Origin: Candidatus Levybacteria bacterium RIFCSPHIGHO2_01_FULL_37_17 | Lineage (GTDB): Bacteria > Patescibacteriota > Microgenomatia > Levybacterales > UBA12049 | Direction of reading: 5' to 3' | Assembly: GCA_001782035.1 (NCBI GenBank) | Contig: MFNL01000004.1 | Coordinates: 9,290 to 73,289 of the forward strand | DNA length: 64,000 bases | Shown: positions 17,737-28,072 of the stretch, in pieces | Layout: every line of letters begins with the position of its first letter | How positions within the stretch are numbered: the stretch's first letter is position 1 | The notes under the pieces: generated by a model | Database searches by the model: none | What the model saw: only the letters and a program-made list of their open reading frames with translations | What the model was told of the DNA's origin: nothing | Program-made: the position numbers and the translations under genes

Positions 17737-20043
17737 ATGAAAAAGTACTTCGCAAACGAGATTGAGCAAAAATGGAGAGCGAAATGGCGAGAAGAAAAAG
17801 TTTATAAGTTCAAAGAAGATCCAAAAAGGCAAAAATACTACAATTTAGTTGAGCTTCCATACCCATCGGGCGACTTACATTTAGGACACTGGTTTGCATT
17901 TACGCCTCCGGACGTCCATGCAAGATATAAAAGGATGAAAGGCTATAATGTTTTCTTCCCAAATGGCTTCGACGCCTTTGGTCTTCCTGCGGAAAACGCA
18001 GCAATAAAGAATAGAATTCATCCCAAAGATTGGACTTATAAAAATATAGAAACCATGAAAAAGCAGTTTGAAACAATGGGAACCATGATTAACTGGGATG
18101 CTGAGGTAATAACTTCAGATCCTGCTTTTTACAAATGGAACCAGTGGATTTTTCTCAAGTTGTTTGAAAGAGGCTTGGCATACAGAGGAAAAGCTTTATC
18201 TAATTGGTGCCCAAAAGACTTAACAGTTTTGGCAAATGAGCATATAGAAGGTGGAAAATGCTGGCGATGCGGGACCGAAGTGGTTCAAAAAGAAGTAGAG
18301 CAGTGGTTTTTAAAAATAACAGAATATGCTGATCAATTAATCTGGCCCGATAATCCTGATTTTGATTGGCCAAAAGAGGTAAAGGAAGGCCAAAATAACT
18401 GGATCGGTAAAAAAGAGGGGATGTTAATCAAATTTAAACTGGCTCATGCGCCTAGTTTTTCCCCTACGGGGATAGACGTTTTTACAACAAGACCTGAAAC
18501 AACCGATGGAGCCTCATTTCTGGTTATTGCCCCCGAACACACATTTGTTCAAAAGATTTTAAAAGAGCAAAGTTCTAAAACAAATAGCGAATATAAAACT
18601 ATAGAGAAATATGTATCAGAAGCAGAAAAAAAGACGGAAATGCAAAGAAAAGAGGACAGAACTAAGTCCGGAGTTTTCACAGGAGAATGGGCTGTCAATC
18701 CAGTAACAAAGACTGAAATTCCAATATGGATCTCCGACTACGTGTTGGCAGGTTATGGAACTGGCGCTATTATGGCTGTTCCTTTCGCAGATCAGCGGGA
18801 TAGAGAATTTGCAGAAAAGTTTAAATTGCCCGTCCCAGAAACTAAATTTAAGGCCAAGCCAGAAGGCAAGAAGTCAGTTAATTATCATCTTCGGGATTGG
18901 TCTGTCTCGCGTCAGCGCTATTGGGGAACTCCTGTGCCTGTGATTCATTGTCCAAAAGATGGAATTGTTCCGGTTCCGCTTGAAGATTTGCCTGTTGAGT
19001 TGCCATATGAAGTCGATTTTACTCCAAAAGGAAAACCGCCTTTAGCTTCAGATGAGGCTTGGTTGAATACCAAGTGCCCAAAATGCGATGGAAAAGCAAA
19101 AAGAGATGCAGAAACGCTAGATACTTTTTTTGACAGCTCCTGGTACTTTTTCCGCTACTGTTCACCTAAGTACGACAAGGGGCCATTTGAAAAGCAAAGA
19201 GTTAAAGAATTAATGCCAATTGATATTTATTTTGGAGGCTCAGAACACACACTAGGACACACTTTGTACGCACGATTTTTCACGAAATTCTTTAAAGATT
19301 TAGGACTGATTACTTTTAGCGAGTTTGCAAATAAACGAGCCCAGCACGGAGTTATTTTGGGGCCTGACGGAGCAAGAATGAGCAAAAGTAGGGGTAATGT
19401 AGTAAATCCGGATGATTTTGTAAAAGAATACGGGGCAGATACCATGCGTCTTTATATTTGTTTTATGATGCCTTACAGCGCAACTGCTCCGTGGTCGGAC
19501 AACGCAATAGCCGGAGTTTATAAGTTTTTAAAAAGAGTTTGGGATTTACAATTTAGCCTCAAAAATAAAGATTTAGATGATGAAGACTTATTTCAAATGC
19601 ATTCCGCAATAAAAAAAGTCGGAGAAGATCTTGAAAGTTTGAATTTTAATACAGCAGTATCGGCCATGATGATTTGGCTTAACTTTTTAAGTTCAAAAGG
19701 AGCGTCAAAAGAGGAATATGAAGCTATTTTGAAGCTTCTTGCGCCATTTGCCCCTTATATAACCGATGAAATTTGGCACTTATTAAATCCAGCTGCTAAC
19801 GCTATACACTTAGAGAATTTCCCTTTATTTCAATCTAAATTCATAAAGCGCGAAAACGCCCAAATTGTTGTACAAGTTAACGGAAGAGTCAGGGACACAA
19901 TTCAAATTTCCATGAGCCAAGCTGAAAATAAGAAATTCGTCGAAACTGAGGCTAAAAAAGGCGAAAAAGTAAAAAAATATCTTGAAGGTAACGTGAAAAA
20001 AACAATTTATATTCCAGCCAAACTCATAAATTTTGTAGTTTAA
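17737..20043 (+). CDS. leuS: Leucine--tRNA ligase
   Basis: LPYPSGDLHLGH (HIGH), DAFGLPAENAA, FTTRPET editing motif, SRQRYWG, RMSKS. Confidence 0.97.
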   Translation: MKKYFANEIEQKWRAKWREEKVYKFKEDPKRQKYYNLVELPYPSGDLHLGHWFAFTPPDVHARYKRMKGYNVFFPNGFDAFGLPAENAAIKNRIHPKDWTYKNIETMKKQFETMGTMINWDAEVITSDPAFYKWNQWIFLKLFERGLAYRGKALSNWCPKDLTVLANEHIEGGKCWRCGTEVVQKEVEQWFLKITEYADQLIWPDNPDFDWPKEVKEGQNNWIGKKEGMLIKFKLAHAPSFSPTGIDVFTTRPETTDGASFLVIAPEHTFVQKILKEQSSKTNSEYKTIEKYVSEAEKKTEMQRKEDRTKSGVFTGEWAVNPVTKTEIPIWISDYVLAGYGTGAIMAVPFADQRDREFAEKFKLPVPETKFKAKPEGKKSVNYHLRDWSVSRQRYWGTPVPVIHCPKDGIVPVPLEDLPVELPYEVDFTPKGKPPLASDEAWLNTKCPKCDGKAKRDAETLDTFFDSSWYFFRYCSPKYDKGPFEKQRVKELMPIDIYFGGSEHTLGHTLYARFFTKFFKDLGLITFSEFANKRAQHGVILGPDGARMSKSRGNVVNPDDFVKEYGADTMRLYICFMMPYSATAPWSDNAIAGVYKFLKRVWDLQFSLKNKDLDDEDLFQMHSAIKKVGEDLESLNFNTAVSAMMIWLNFLSSKGASKEEYEAILKLLAPFAPYITDEIWHLLNPAANAIHLENFPLFQSKFIKRENAQIVVQVNGRVRDTIQISMSQAENKKFVETEAKKGEKVKKYLEGNVKKTIYIPAKLINFVV

Positions 20044-20044
20044 A

Positions 20045-20641
20045 ATGGAAGATTTGCAAGAGCAGCTTGCTCCTATTTTTAAAAGATTTTGGCTCCCTAT
20101 AGTTCTTGCTTTGATCGCTTTGATGTTTTTTGCATATGGTATGATATCTTTGCTGTCAAAATCTTCTACCCCTCAAGTTAGATTTGAAACCGTTGAGTCT
20201 CTTCAAGCAGAAGCAGAAATCGCTGTTGATATCGAAGGCGCAGTAGTTAAACCGGGCGTATATAAGCTCAAATCAGGTTCAATTGTTCAGGAAGCATTAA
20301 TTGCGGCAGGAGGAGCATCAGAGGACGCAGATAGGGAATGGATGGCAAAAAATTTGAATTTGGCCTTAAAACTTACAAATGGACAAAAAATATATATTCC
20401 AAAATTGGGAGAGACCGGAACTATTTCTGTAATTCAAGACGTTGAAAGCAACTCAACAGCTCTTATAAACATAAATACAGCATCAAGTAGCGAATTAGAC
20501 ACGCTTCCCGGCATAGGTCCGGTAACAAGTACGAAAATAATAGATAACAGGCCATATAACTCAATAAATGACCTTTTAGACAAAAAAATTGTCGGGCAAT
20601 CAACCTTTGAGAAGATAAAAGATAAAATAACCACTTTGTGA
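20045..20641 (+). CDS. comEA: Competence DNA-binding protein ComEA
   Basis: N-terminal TM, SLBB-like 'VDIEGAVVKPGVY', HhH 'ININTAS..ELDTLPGIG'. Confidence 0.92.
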   Translation: MEDLQEQLAPIFKRFWLPIVLALIALMFFAYGMISLLSKSSTPQVRFETVESLQAEAEIAVDIEGAVVKPGVYKLKSGSIVQEALIAAGGASEDADREWMAKNLNLALKLTNGQKIYIPKLGETGTISVIQDVESNSTALININTASSSELDTLPGIGPVTSTKIIDNRPYNSINDLLDKKIVGQSTFEKIKDKITTL

Positions 20642-21873
20642 AAAGTCTGCTCCTTTTTTATTTACTGCTTGTCTTATTAGTTGCTGCTCGTTTATTTTTA
20701 TTTTATTCAAACCAGCCGACATTTGCCGATAAACAACAGGTTATTTTCAAAACAACAGTAAACACCTCTCCTAAAAGCTTTAATAACTATCAGACTTTGT
20801 GGGTAAATATCTCTCCTACTACCGGCGCGCTACTCAAATTACCCGTAGATATGCAGCTGTCTTACGGAGATATAGTTTTAATTTCTGGCAGACTAAATAA
20901 TAAACTGCTAGATAGTGGTGATAATATTTTCACAATAGATTATCCAATAATCGAGCCTAAAAGTAGTGAAAAGTCCCCATTTTTAGCAGTCATATATTCT
21001 ATTCGCCAACATATAATTGATTATTTTAAGCAACATTTGGATAATGTTTCTGCAGGACTTTTGCTTGGAATAGTTTTTGGTATTAAAGACAATATACCAA
21101 AGCAGTTTCTTGATCAGATACAACAAACGGGCGTAATGCACGTTGTAGCAGCTTCGGGCATGAATGTAACTATGGTATCGGGATTTCTTTTTTATTTTTT
21201 TATTTTGTTTTTAAAAAGACAAATTGCAATAGTAGCAGCAATAGGAGGAATCGCTTTTTACGTGATTCTAGCAGGCTTTGAGGCCTCTATTGTGCGCGCT
21301 GCAATAATGGGTTCAATTGTATTTGGAGCACAAATCATCGGAAAGCAAAAAGAGAGTGCCCACATTTTGTTTCTGACAGTAATTTTAATGCTATTCTTGT
21401 GGCCGGAATTTTTAATTAGTATCGGTTTTCAGTTAAGCGTTGCTGCAACCTTGGGAATTCTTTTCATCCCTATGCTTTTTTCGCGCTTTACAAATAGTTT
21501 TACCGAGGTATTTATTGTCACAATTTCAGCCCAGCTTGCTACTTTGCCAATTTTAATTGCAAATTTTGGAGCCTATTCGGTTCTTTCTATATTTACAAAC
21601 GCTTTTGTATTGTGGACTATTCCAATCCTCACAATTTTAGGCATGATTTCGGCGGTTTTTGTTTTTATTTTGCCGCTTTTTGCGAGTTTGTTTTTGTACA
21701 TTGCACTTCCTTTTTTGCTCTTTTTTAGAACGGTAGTAGAGTTTTTTGCCTCAACTACCGCAATTTTGACATTTTCGAGTTTTTCCTGGCAATTCAGTCT
21801 TGCTTATTATTTTATACTTGCTGCTGCAGTTTTGTTTTTTTATGAAAAGATACATAAGCGTTCTTTTTCTTAG
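20638..21873 (+). CDS. comEC: ComEC/Rec2 competence channel, membrane domain
   Basis: 'TGVMHVVAASGMNV', 'SIVRAAIM', 'GFQLS'; directly follows comEA. Confidence 0.9.
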   Translation: MKSLLLFYLLLVLLVAARLFLFYSNQPTFADKQQVIFKTTVNTSPKSFNNYQTLWVNISPTTGALLKLPVDMQLSYGDIVLISGRLNNKLLDSGDNIFTIDYPIIEPKSSEKSPFLAVIYSIRQHIIDYFKQHLDNVSAGLLLGIVFGIKDNIPKQFLDQIQQTGVMHVVAASGMNVTMVSGFLFYFFILFLKRQIAIVAAIGGIAFYVILAGFEASIVRAAIMGSIVFGAQIIGKQKESAHILFLTVILMLFLWPEFLISIGFQLSVAATLGILFIPMLFSRFTNSFTEVFIVTISAQLATLPILIANFGAYSVLSIFTNAFVLWTIPILTILGMISAVFVFILPLFASLFLYIALPFLLFFRTVVEFFASTTAILTFSSFSWQFSLAYYFILAAAVLFFYEKIHKRSFS

Positions 21874-22666
21874 CATTGCAGCTTTGGGTTTGTTGTTTAT
21901 TTACCAAAGCTTTAGTTTATCTGACGGCAGACTTCATATGGTCGTTTGCGACATTGGCCAGGGCGATGGGATTTATATAAGAGCAGATAACGGGGCGGAT
22001 TTAATAGTGGATGGAGGCCCTGACAATCGTATTTTAGATTGTCTTTCTAAGCATATGCCTTTTTGGGACAGAACTATTGAGGTTATGATTTTAACTAATC
22101 CGGACGCCGACCACTTGCGCGGTGTCACTCATATCATTGACAGCTACAAAGTGATACATTATGCAACGGTTGATTTCCCCAAGCAAACTGCAGCTTACAA
22201 ACTATTACAGAGTAAATTAAGGCAGAAAAACATAACTACAGAGTATTATTTTAGTGGTGAAAAAATAATTTTCGGGAAAACCGAATTTAGCTTTTTATGG
22301 CCGGATAAAAGTTTTAACGGCGGAACCGTAAATGACAATTCGGTCGTGGGAAGACTTACCTTTGGGAACTTCAGCGCTCTTTTAACAGGGGATGTCGGCG
22401 CAAATATTTTGGACACCCAAAAAATAGGAAAAGTTAATGTTTTAAAAGTCCCTCATCATGGTTCAAAAACTGGAATGAGCGATATATTTTTAAACGAAAC
22501 AATGCCTAATTTAGCTATAATTTCGGTTGGAAAACACAATAATTATGGTCATCCTGCGTCTTTAAGCCTTGAGCTTTTAAAAAAACATAATGTTAAAACT
22601 TTGCGAACTGACTTAAATGGTGAAGTGGAAGTAGTATCGGATGGCAATAGTTACTGGGTAAATTGA
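21842..22666 (+). CDS. ComEC-type metallo-beta-lactamase domain as a separate protein
   Basis: Start MKRYIS; 'DIGQGDG', 'LTNPDADH', 'LLTGD', 'KVPHHGS', 'N.YGHP'. Confidence 0.88.
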   Translation: MKRYISVLFLSIAALGLLFIYQSFSLSDGRLHMVVCDIGQGDGIYIRADNGADLIVDGGPDNRILDCLSKHMPFWDRTIEVMILTNPDADHLRGVTHIIDSYKVIHYATVDFPKQTAAYKLLQSKLRQKNITTEYYFSGEKIIFGKTEFSFLWPDKSFNGGTVNDNSVVGRLTFGNFSALLTGDVGANILDTQKIGKVNVLKVPHHGSKTGMSDIFLNETMPNLAIISVGKHNNYGHPASLSLELLKKHNVKTLRTDLNGEVEVVSDGNSYWVN

Positions 22667-22995
22667 GCAGTAGCTGTTTTGTGATGTCTAAATTTGAACC
22701 TGTCGGGATATCGAAGCCCTTGAATTATCCCTCCAATTGCTATGCCATTAATTATTGACAGATACTGGAATCCTTCATAATTAATCAGAGTTATTCCTGT
22801 TATTAATGTCAATATTAGCCAATGGTGGATATGATAAATTTTACTCCTTGAATGTATTCTTAAATTTGGAGAAAGCTCTATTTTCCATACTTGAACCCTG
22901 GGGAGCTTATGTTTCTTTTTCTCGGGATGAGAGAAATAAAGAAAAAACACGTACCCTAGCCAAATAGAAAATAAAAATGTAAATAATCCGCTCAT
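22651..22995 (-). CDS. Hypothetical small membrane protein
   Basis: 114-aa ORF with hydrophobic segments and an HIHHW motif. Confidence 0.65.
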   Translation of the reverse strand: MSGLFTFLFSIWLGYVFFLYFSHPEKKKHKLPRVQVWKIELSPNLRIHSRSKIYHIHHWLILTLITGITLINYEGFQYLSIINGIAIGGIIQGLRYPDRFKFRHHKTATAQFTQ

Positions 22996-23028
22996 ATTAT
23001 ATAAGCATTTTCAGCTTATAGTATATAT

Positions 23029-24729
23029 GTGTATCATACAACATCTTCAAGGCCATTTCAAGTGCAGGGAAGTTGTTCATTTGAATGTGATAGAATGATG
23101 ATTAAAGGAGTTTTTGTGACAAAAAAATTATACTCAATTTTATCGGGTTTAGCCTCGGAAATGGGCGTAAAAGAACCTAATTTTAAAGTCGAGGTTCCAA
23201 AAAATAAAACACATGGAGATTTGAGCTCAAATATTGCCCTTGCTTTGGCAAAAACACTCGATAGAAACCCGATGGAGTTAGCCAAAGAGATCTCGGAAAA
23301 GCTTAAAATAGATTCTAGTTTAATTTCAAAAATAGAGATTGCAGCTCCCGGCTTCATTAACTTTTGGTTTTCACAAGAGTATCTTTCTTCTCGGGTTCAA
23401 AATATTATTAAAGAAGATGATCTATATGGCTCAATTGATTTGGGCAAAGGTAAAAAAGCAAGCGTAGAATATGTATCCGCAAATCCAACGGGGCCTTTAC
23501 ATATTGGAAACGCAAGGGGCGGGCCTCTTGGAGATATTATTGCAAACATAATGCAGAAAGCGGGCTACCGCGTCAGCCGCGAGTATTTGCACAACGATAT
23601 AGGAGGACAGGTAGAAAAACTGGGAGAAACCATTTATTACTTGCTCAATCCGTCAGATAAACCAAAAGATTATGAACTTCAGTATAGGGGAGAATATGTT
23701 TACGATTTGGCCAAAGAAGTTAATACAAAGCTCCACAACTCAAAACTTTCTAAAGAAGAATTTATGAAAGAAGCGGGCAAAATCGCAGTTGAAATTATGC
23801 TTGAGCAAATTTTAGAAGATTGCAAACTAATGGGAATTAATTTTGATAAAATTACAAAAGAGTCCGAACTACGAAAAGACGTATCAAAAACGCTTGACAG
23901 GCTCAAAAACTCTTTAAAAGAGAATGAAGGAGCTTTATGGTTTGCTCCGAGTGACCAGTATTTAAAAGACAGAGAAACGGTTGTTAGAAAATCGAACGGA
24001 GAATATACATACTTTGCGTCTGATATTGTTTACCACAACCAAAAGCTGTCTGAAAACGATATTGCAATTGATGTTTTAGGAGTAAACCACAGTGGACATG
24101 TTCCCAAACTTTTCGCTGTTGCAAAAGCATTAGGGCATAATCCGGACAGTTTAAAAGTTGTCTTATACCAGTTTGTTAGGCTAAAACAAGGTTCAGAATC
24201 TCTCAAAATGAGCAAAAGGGAAGGGACTTTTGTTACAGCAAAAGAGGTTTTGCAGGAAGTCGGTAAAGATGCTTTCAGATTTTTTCTTGTCTCGCAAAAT
24301 AATCAAAGCCATATAGATTTTGACATTGAGTTGGCAAAGAAGAGGGCAGCTGAAAATCCTGTTTTCTATGTTCAGTATGCATACACACGAATAGCGAGCA
24401 TATTCGCTAAACTTAAAACTGAAAATTTAAAACTTAAAACTGATGATTTAGGTTCAAAACTCAAAGAAAAAGAGGAGCTGGAGTTGATGAGGCTTCTTTT
24501 GCAGCTACCAACGCTAGTTGAAACGGTCGCGCAAAATTTTGCCGTCAATTTAATTACAAATTACTCTGTAGAGCTTGCGACTTCATTCCACCGGTTTTAC
24601 GAAAAACAACAAGTGCTTTCAGTGGAAAGTGAGCTCAAAAATGCCCGACTCGCTTTACTCAAGGCAACTCAAATCACGCTAAGAAATACACTGGACTTAC
24701 TCGGAATATCCGCTCCGGAGAAGATGTAG
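23029..24729 (+). CDS. argS: Arginine--tRNA ligase (true start probably near 23095-23116)
   Basis: VEYVSANPTGPLHIGNAR, KMSKR, NPVFYVQYA, C-terminal APEKM. Confidence 0.97.
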   Translation: MYHTTSSRPFQVQGSCSFECDRMMIKGVFVTKKLYSILSGLASEMGVKEPNFKVEVPKNKTHGDLSSNIALALAKTLDRNPMELAKEISEKLKIDSSLISKIEIAAPGFINFWFSQEYLSSRVQNIIKEDDLYGSIDLGKGKKASVEYVSANPTGPLHIGNARGGPLGDIIANIMQKAGYRVSREYLHNDIGGQVEKLGETIYYLLNPSDKPKDYELQYRGEYVYDLAKEVNTKLHNSKLSKEEFMKEAGKIAVEIMLEQILEDCKLMGINFDKITKESELRKDVSKTLDRLKNSLKENEGALWFAPSDQYLKDRETVVRKSNGEYTYFASDIVYHNQKLSENDIAIDVLGVNHSGHVPKLFAVAKALGHNPDSLKVVLYQFVRLKQGSESLKMSKREGTFVTAKEVLQEVGKDAFRFFLVSQNNQSHIDFDIELAKKRAAENPVFYVQYAYTRIASIFAKLKTENLKLKTDDLGSKLKEKEELELMRLLLQLPTLVETVAQNFAVNLITNYSVELATSFHRFYEKQQVLSVESELKNARLALLKATQITLRNTLDLLGISAPEKM

Positions 24730-24742
24730 AAATTATTTTCCG

Positions 24743-25093
24743 TTATAATTCTTCCGTGGCTAATGATATTGCAAAAGAGGTTGTAGTAACTGCAAGTCCT
24801 GCAAGGAATTCAGTCGTATTACCACGGTTTCCTGCGTCAATTGTATACAAGAATGCACCTGTTGTCGCAGCTAATTTACCCAACCTTAGAAGATTTCTGA
24901 TTGAATTAGATCTATCGGCAATCCAATCCAATGCTTTGTAAGCGCTTTCATGTTTTGCTATTCTTGTCTCCTGATTCTGTAGTACGGAAAGATATTCCTC
25001 CATTGCCTTAACTACATCAGCGTTAACCCCGCCCTTAGCTACAGCATAATCTTTTTCTATTAGATTCAAATCAAAAATTCTTTCCGAACTCAT
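24743..25093 (-). CDS. Hypothetical protein
   Basis: 116-aa ORF with its own TTGACT-16-TATACT promoter. Confidence 0.6.
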   Translation of the reverse strand: MSSERIFDLNLIEKDYAVAKGGVNADVVKAMEEYLSVLQNQETRIAKHESAYKALDWIADRSNSIRNLLRLGKLAATTGAFLYTIDAGNRGNTTEFLAGLAVTTTSFAISLATEEL

Positions 25094-25190
25094 AATATCC
25101 GATAGTATACCACGATCTGCTTAGAAGTCAAATTTGAACAGATTTTGACCTATTCAAAACCCCTAACTTTTCCGTTATAATAATGCTTCT

Positions 25191-26465
25191 ATGAACTACA
25201 CAAGAAGAGTTTTGGAAAATGGCCTGCGAGTCCTCACAATTCCTATGCCTTCATTTGAAAGTGCAACAGTTATGGCAATGGTTGGAGCAGGATCAAGATA
25301 CGAAACCACAAAAAACAACGGAATCTCCCACTTTTTAGAACATATGGCCTTTAAAGGAACGAACAAAAGACCTTCGGCTATGGAAATTGCAAGCATGATA
25401 GACGGAATTGGAGGCGAATTTAATGCTTTTACAAGCAAAGAAGTAACGGGATATTTTGTAAAAGCAGCAAAAAACCATGCAGAACTTTGCTTGGATGTTT
25501 TATCCGACATGCTCCAAAATTCAAAACTAGATGCTTTGGAGATAGAAAAAGAAAGGGGAGTAATACTTGAGGAAATCAACTTATACGAAGATACTCCAAG
25601 CAGAAAAATTGGCGATGTTTATGAAAGTCTTTTGTATGGAGATACGCCCATGGGATGGGATATTGCAGGAAGAAAAGATGTAATTAGAAACATTACTAGG
25701 CAGGATTTTGTCGACTACTTGTCTAGTTTGTACAGCGCAAAAAACATAGTTGTAGTTGTTGCTGGGGGAATAATTCCTGAAAAAATTGAGGCTATGGCGG
25801 TAAATTATTTCGGCAAGATGCCTAGCTTTGATACAGTTAGTTATAACAAAGTAGATGAAAACCAGGTCAAACCATCTCTTTATATAAAACATAAAGATAC
25901 TGAACAGGTTCATATAGCCCTAGGTTTTCGAACAGTAGCGCTGGAGCATCCGGATAGATATGCATTATCGGTTCTTGGTTCAATTCTTGGTGGGGGAATG
26001 AGCTCACGATTATTTAGCGAAGTTAGAGAAAAAAGAGGCTTAGCGTACTACGTTAGAACAGGCTCGGAAAATTATCAGGACGTTGGAAATATAGTCTCAA
26101 CTGCTGGACTTGACCCAAAAAGAATAGAAGACGGAATCAAAGTAATAATTGAGGAATATTCTAAATTCGCAAGTGGGAAAGCTGAAATAACCAAAACTGA
26201 ACTTGCAAAATCCAAAGAATACATAAAAGGGCATTTAGTTTTGGAAGAGGAAGATAGCCGTTTTATGGCTGCATTTTACGCTCAAAACGAGCTTTTAGAA
26301 AAGCAAATGGAAACACCGGAAGACTTAATTGATAAGATTATGAAGGTAACAATGGAAGAAGTTGAGGAAGTTGCCAAAAAATACTTTAAAAAGGAAACCT
26401 TAAATTTGGCAATAATCGGAAAATTTAAAGACAAAGCCCATTTCGAAAAACTACTTAAGCTTTAA
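25191..26465 (+). CDS. M16 family zinc peptidase
   Basis: HFLEH inverted zinc motif, NAFTSKE, 'GGGMSSRLF.EVREKRGLAY'. Confidence 0.93.
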   Translation: MNYTRRVLENGLRVLTIPMPSFESATVMAMVGAGSRYETTKNNGISHFLEHMAFKGTNKRPSAMEIASMIDGIGGEFNAFTSKEVTGYFVKAAKNHAELCLDVLSDMLQNSKLDALEIEKERGVILEEINLYEDTPSRKIGDVYESLLYGDTPMGWDIAGRKDVIRNITRQDFVDYLSSLYSAKNIVVVVAGGIIPEKIEAMAVNYFGKMPSFDTVSYNKVDENQVKPSLYIKHKDTEQVHIALGFRTVALEHPDRYALSVLGSILGGGMSSRLFSEVREKRGLAYYVRTGSENYQDVGNIVSTAGLDPKRIEDGIKVIIEEYSKFASGKAEITKTELAKSKEYIKGHLVLEEEDSRFMAAFYAQNELLEKQMETPEDLIDKIMKVTMEEVEEVAKKYFKKETLNLAIIGKFKDKAHFEKLLKL

Positions 26466-26902
26466 TTTTTTTTGGCTTTAAGCTTTCTTATAATTTCGAT
26501 AGATTTTTTTCCAAGCTCAAGCTCTGCAGGATTTTCATTAATAAACCATCTGCCCCATTGTTCCTTATCAGTGCCTTTTTGGGTATTGTGTATCCAGTAA
26601 CCGAAAACATCTTCCTCGAAATTAGTTTGCTCAGTTAGTTCTATTACTCCTTGCCAAAGTACATTATCGGGATTTTCTTTATCAAAAATAGTCAATTTAT
26701 CACCATCATGTAAGACATGAAGTCCGGCGTAATCCCATGTTTTTTGATTTGTGAATCTTTCATCCATAAATGCCCATGAGCCTCCCTCGGATCCAGTTTC
26801 AGAAAAAAAATAAGCTATTCCTCTAAAGTGAGTTTCTATTTCAGGTGGGATTTTTGTTTCTTGTCTAGCTGGCATAGGAATGGGATTATAAGGCTGAAAC
26901 AA
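26462..26902 (-). CDS. Hypothetical protein
   Basis: Globular-looking ORF with FSETGSEGG and Trp-rich motifs; start uncertain. Confidence 0.65.
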   Translation of the reverse strand: MFQPYNPIPMPARQETKIPPEIETHFRGIAYFFSETGSEGGSWAFMDERFTNQKTWDYAGLHVLHDGDKLTIFDKENPDNVLWQGVIELTEQTNFEEDVFGYWIHNTQKGTDKEQWGRWFINENPAELELGKKSIEIIRKLKAKKN

Positions 26903-26995
26903 GTGTAAGTCAAATTTTGTTATGAATCGGTTATAACAATGTTATTACATTCTTTCTATTTACATTTTCGCTTTTACGCTTTAAAATTAGCGGTG

Positions 26996-27547
26996 ATGGA
27001 AAAGACATTAGTACTTCTTAAGCCGGATGCCGTAAAACGTGGAATAATGGGGGAGATAATCCACAGATTTGAACGTATGGGACTTCGAATAGCTGCTATG
27101 AAAATGGTACAGGCAGACAGAAAGTTGCTAGACAAGCATTATGCAACCGATAAAACTTCAACTTTGGAGCGAATTGGAGGCAAAACAATCGATACTTACA
27201 AAAAATATGGTAAAGATGTAAAAAAGGAATTCGGCACCGAGACGGCTGAAAAAGTTGGAAAAGTAGTTGTCGGCTGGCTCTTGGACTTTATGACCTCTAC
27301 GCCAGTTGTAGCAATGGTAGTAGAAGGTAGGCACGCAGTAGATAATGTTGTTGCTTTAGCGGGCTCCACAATGCCCGTGGGAGCAGCTCCGGGGACAATC
27401 CGGGGAGACTTTTCAACAGACAGCGCTGCTTATGCAAACGAAGAAAAAAGAGCAGTTACAAATCTGATTCATATTTCGGCAACGCGCGAGGAAGCAGAAT
27501 TTGAAATTGGTCTTTGGTTTACCCCTTCAGAAATCCACAACTATTAA
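26996..27547 (+). CDS. ndk: Nucleoside-diphosphate kinase
   Basis: MEKTLVLLKPDAV, PGTIRGDF, NLIH; start moved to ATG 26996. Confidence 0.95.
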   Translation: MEKTLVLLKPDAVKRGIMGEIIHRFERMGLRIAAMKMVQADRKLLDKHYATDKTSTLERIGGKTIDTYKKYGKDVKKEFGTETAEKVGKVVVGWLLDFMTSTPVVAMVVEGRHAVDNVVALAGSTMPVGAAPGTIRGDFSTDSAAYANEEKRAVTNLIHISATREEAEFEIGLWFTPSEIHNY

Positions 27548-28041
27548 GACGGAGTATTTGCCGAAAGATAGGCAGGATTTTCATAGCGAAATCCTTCTCC
27601 ATCTTTAAAAACAATAGGATAGGGTATATCTCTTACAAGTCTTTGAGCTATTTCACTTACATGTCTCAATTGTCCTTGATCTGCATGCAAATACATGGCA
27701 TCTTTATAAAACATCATTTTAATCATAAACAAAGCAGTGTAATCGCCTGAAAACTGGGTAACTCTCCAAATTAGCCTTTCATAACCAGGGAGATGATGAA
27801 AGGTTCCCGGAATTGGCAACGAGCTTATTTTGCCTTTTACAACATCGCTCAAAATTCTATCTGTTTTCAAGCTATGGTTAAACCATACTTCATGGGTTAT
27901 ACCACTTCCTTCCTGGGTTAGTGAGTATAAGTTTTCAAGCAGAGTAAAAACCCCTTTTTGCTGAGGATTTAGAGTTTGTAGCATCTCTGCTTTTCTTGCT
28001 TCGTAATCCTGCCCCAATAGGCCAAGAGGATTTCTTTCCAT
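27544..28041 (-). CDS. Hypothetical protein
   Basis: Part of the 191-aa ORF; likely start MERNP to avoid overlap with VKOR. Confidence 0.5.
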   Translation of the reverse strand: MERNPLGLLGQDYEARKAEMLQTLNPQQKGVFTLLENLYSLTQEGSGITHEVWFNHSLKTDRILSDVVKGKISSLPIPGTFHHLPGYERLIWRVTQFSGDYTALFMIKMMFYKDAMYLHADQGQLRHVSEIAQRLVRDIPYPIVFKDGEGFRYENPAYLSANTPS

Positions 28042-28072
28042 CCAAGGATTATACGGATGTGCGTATATATCG

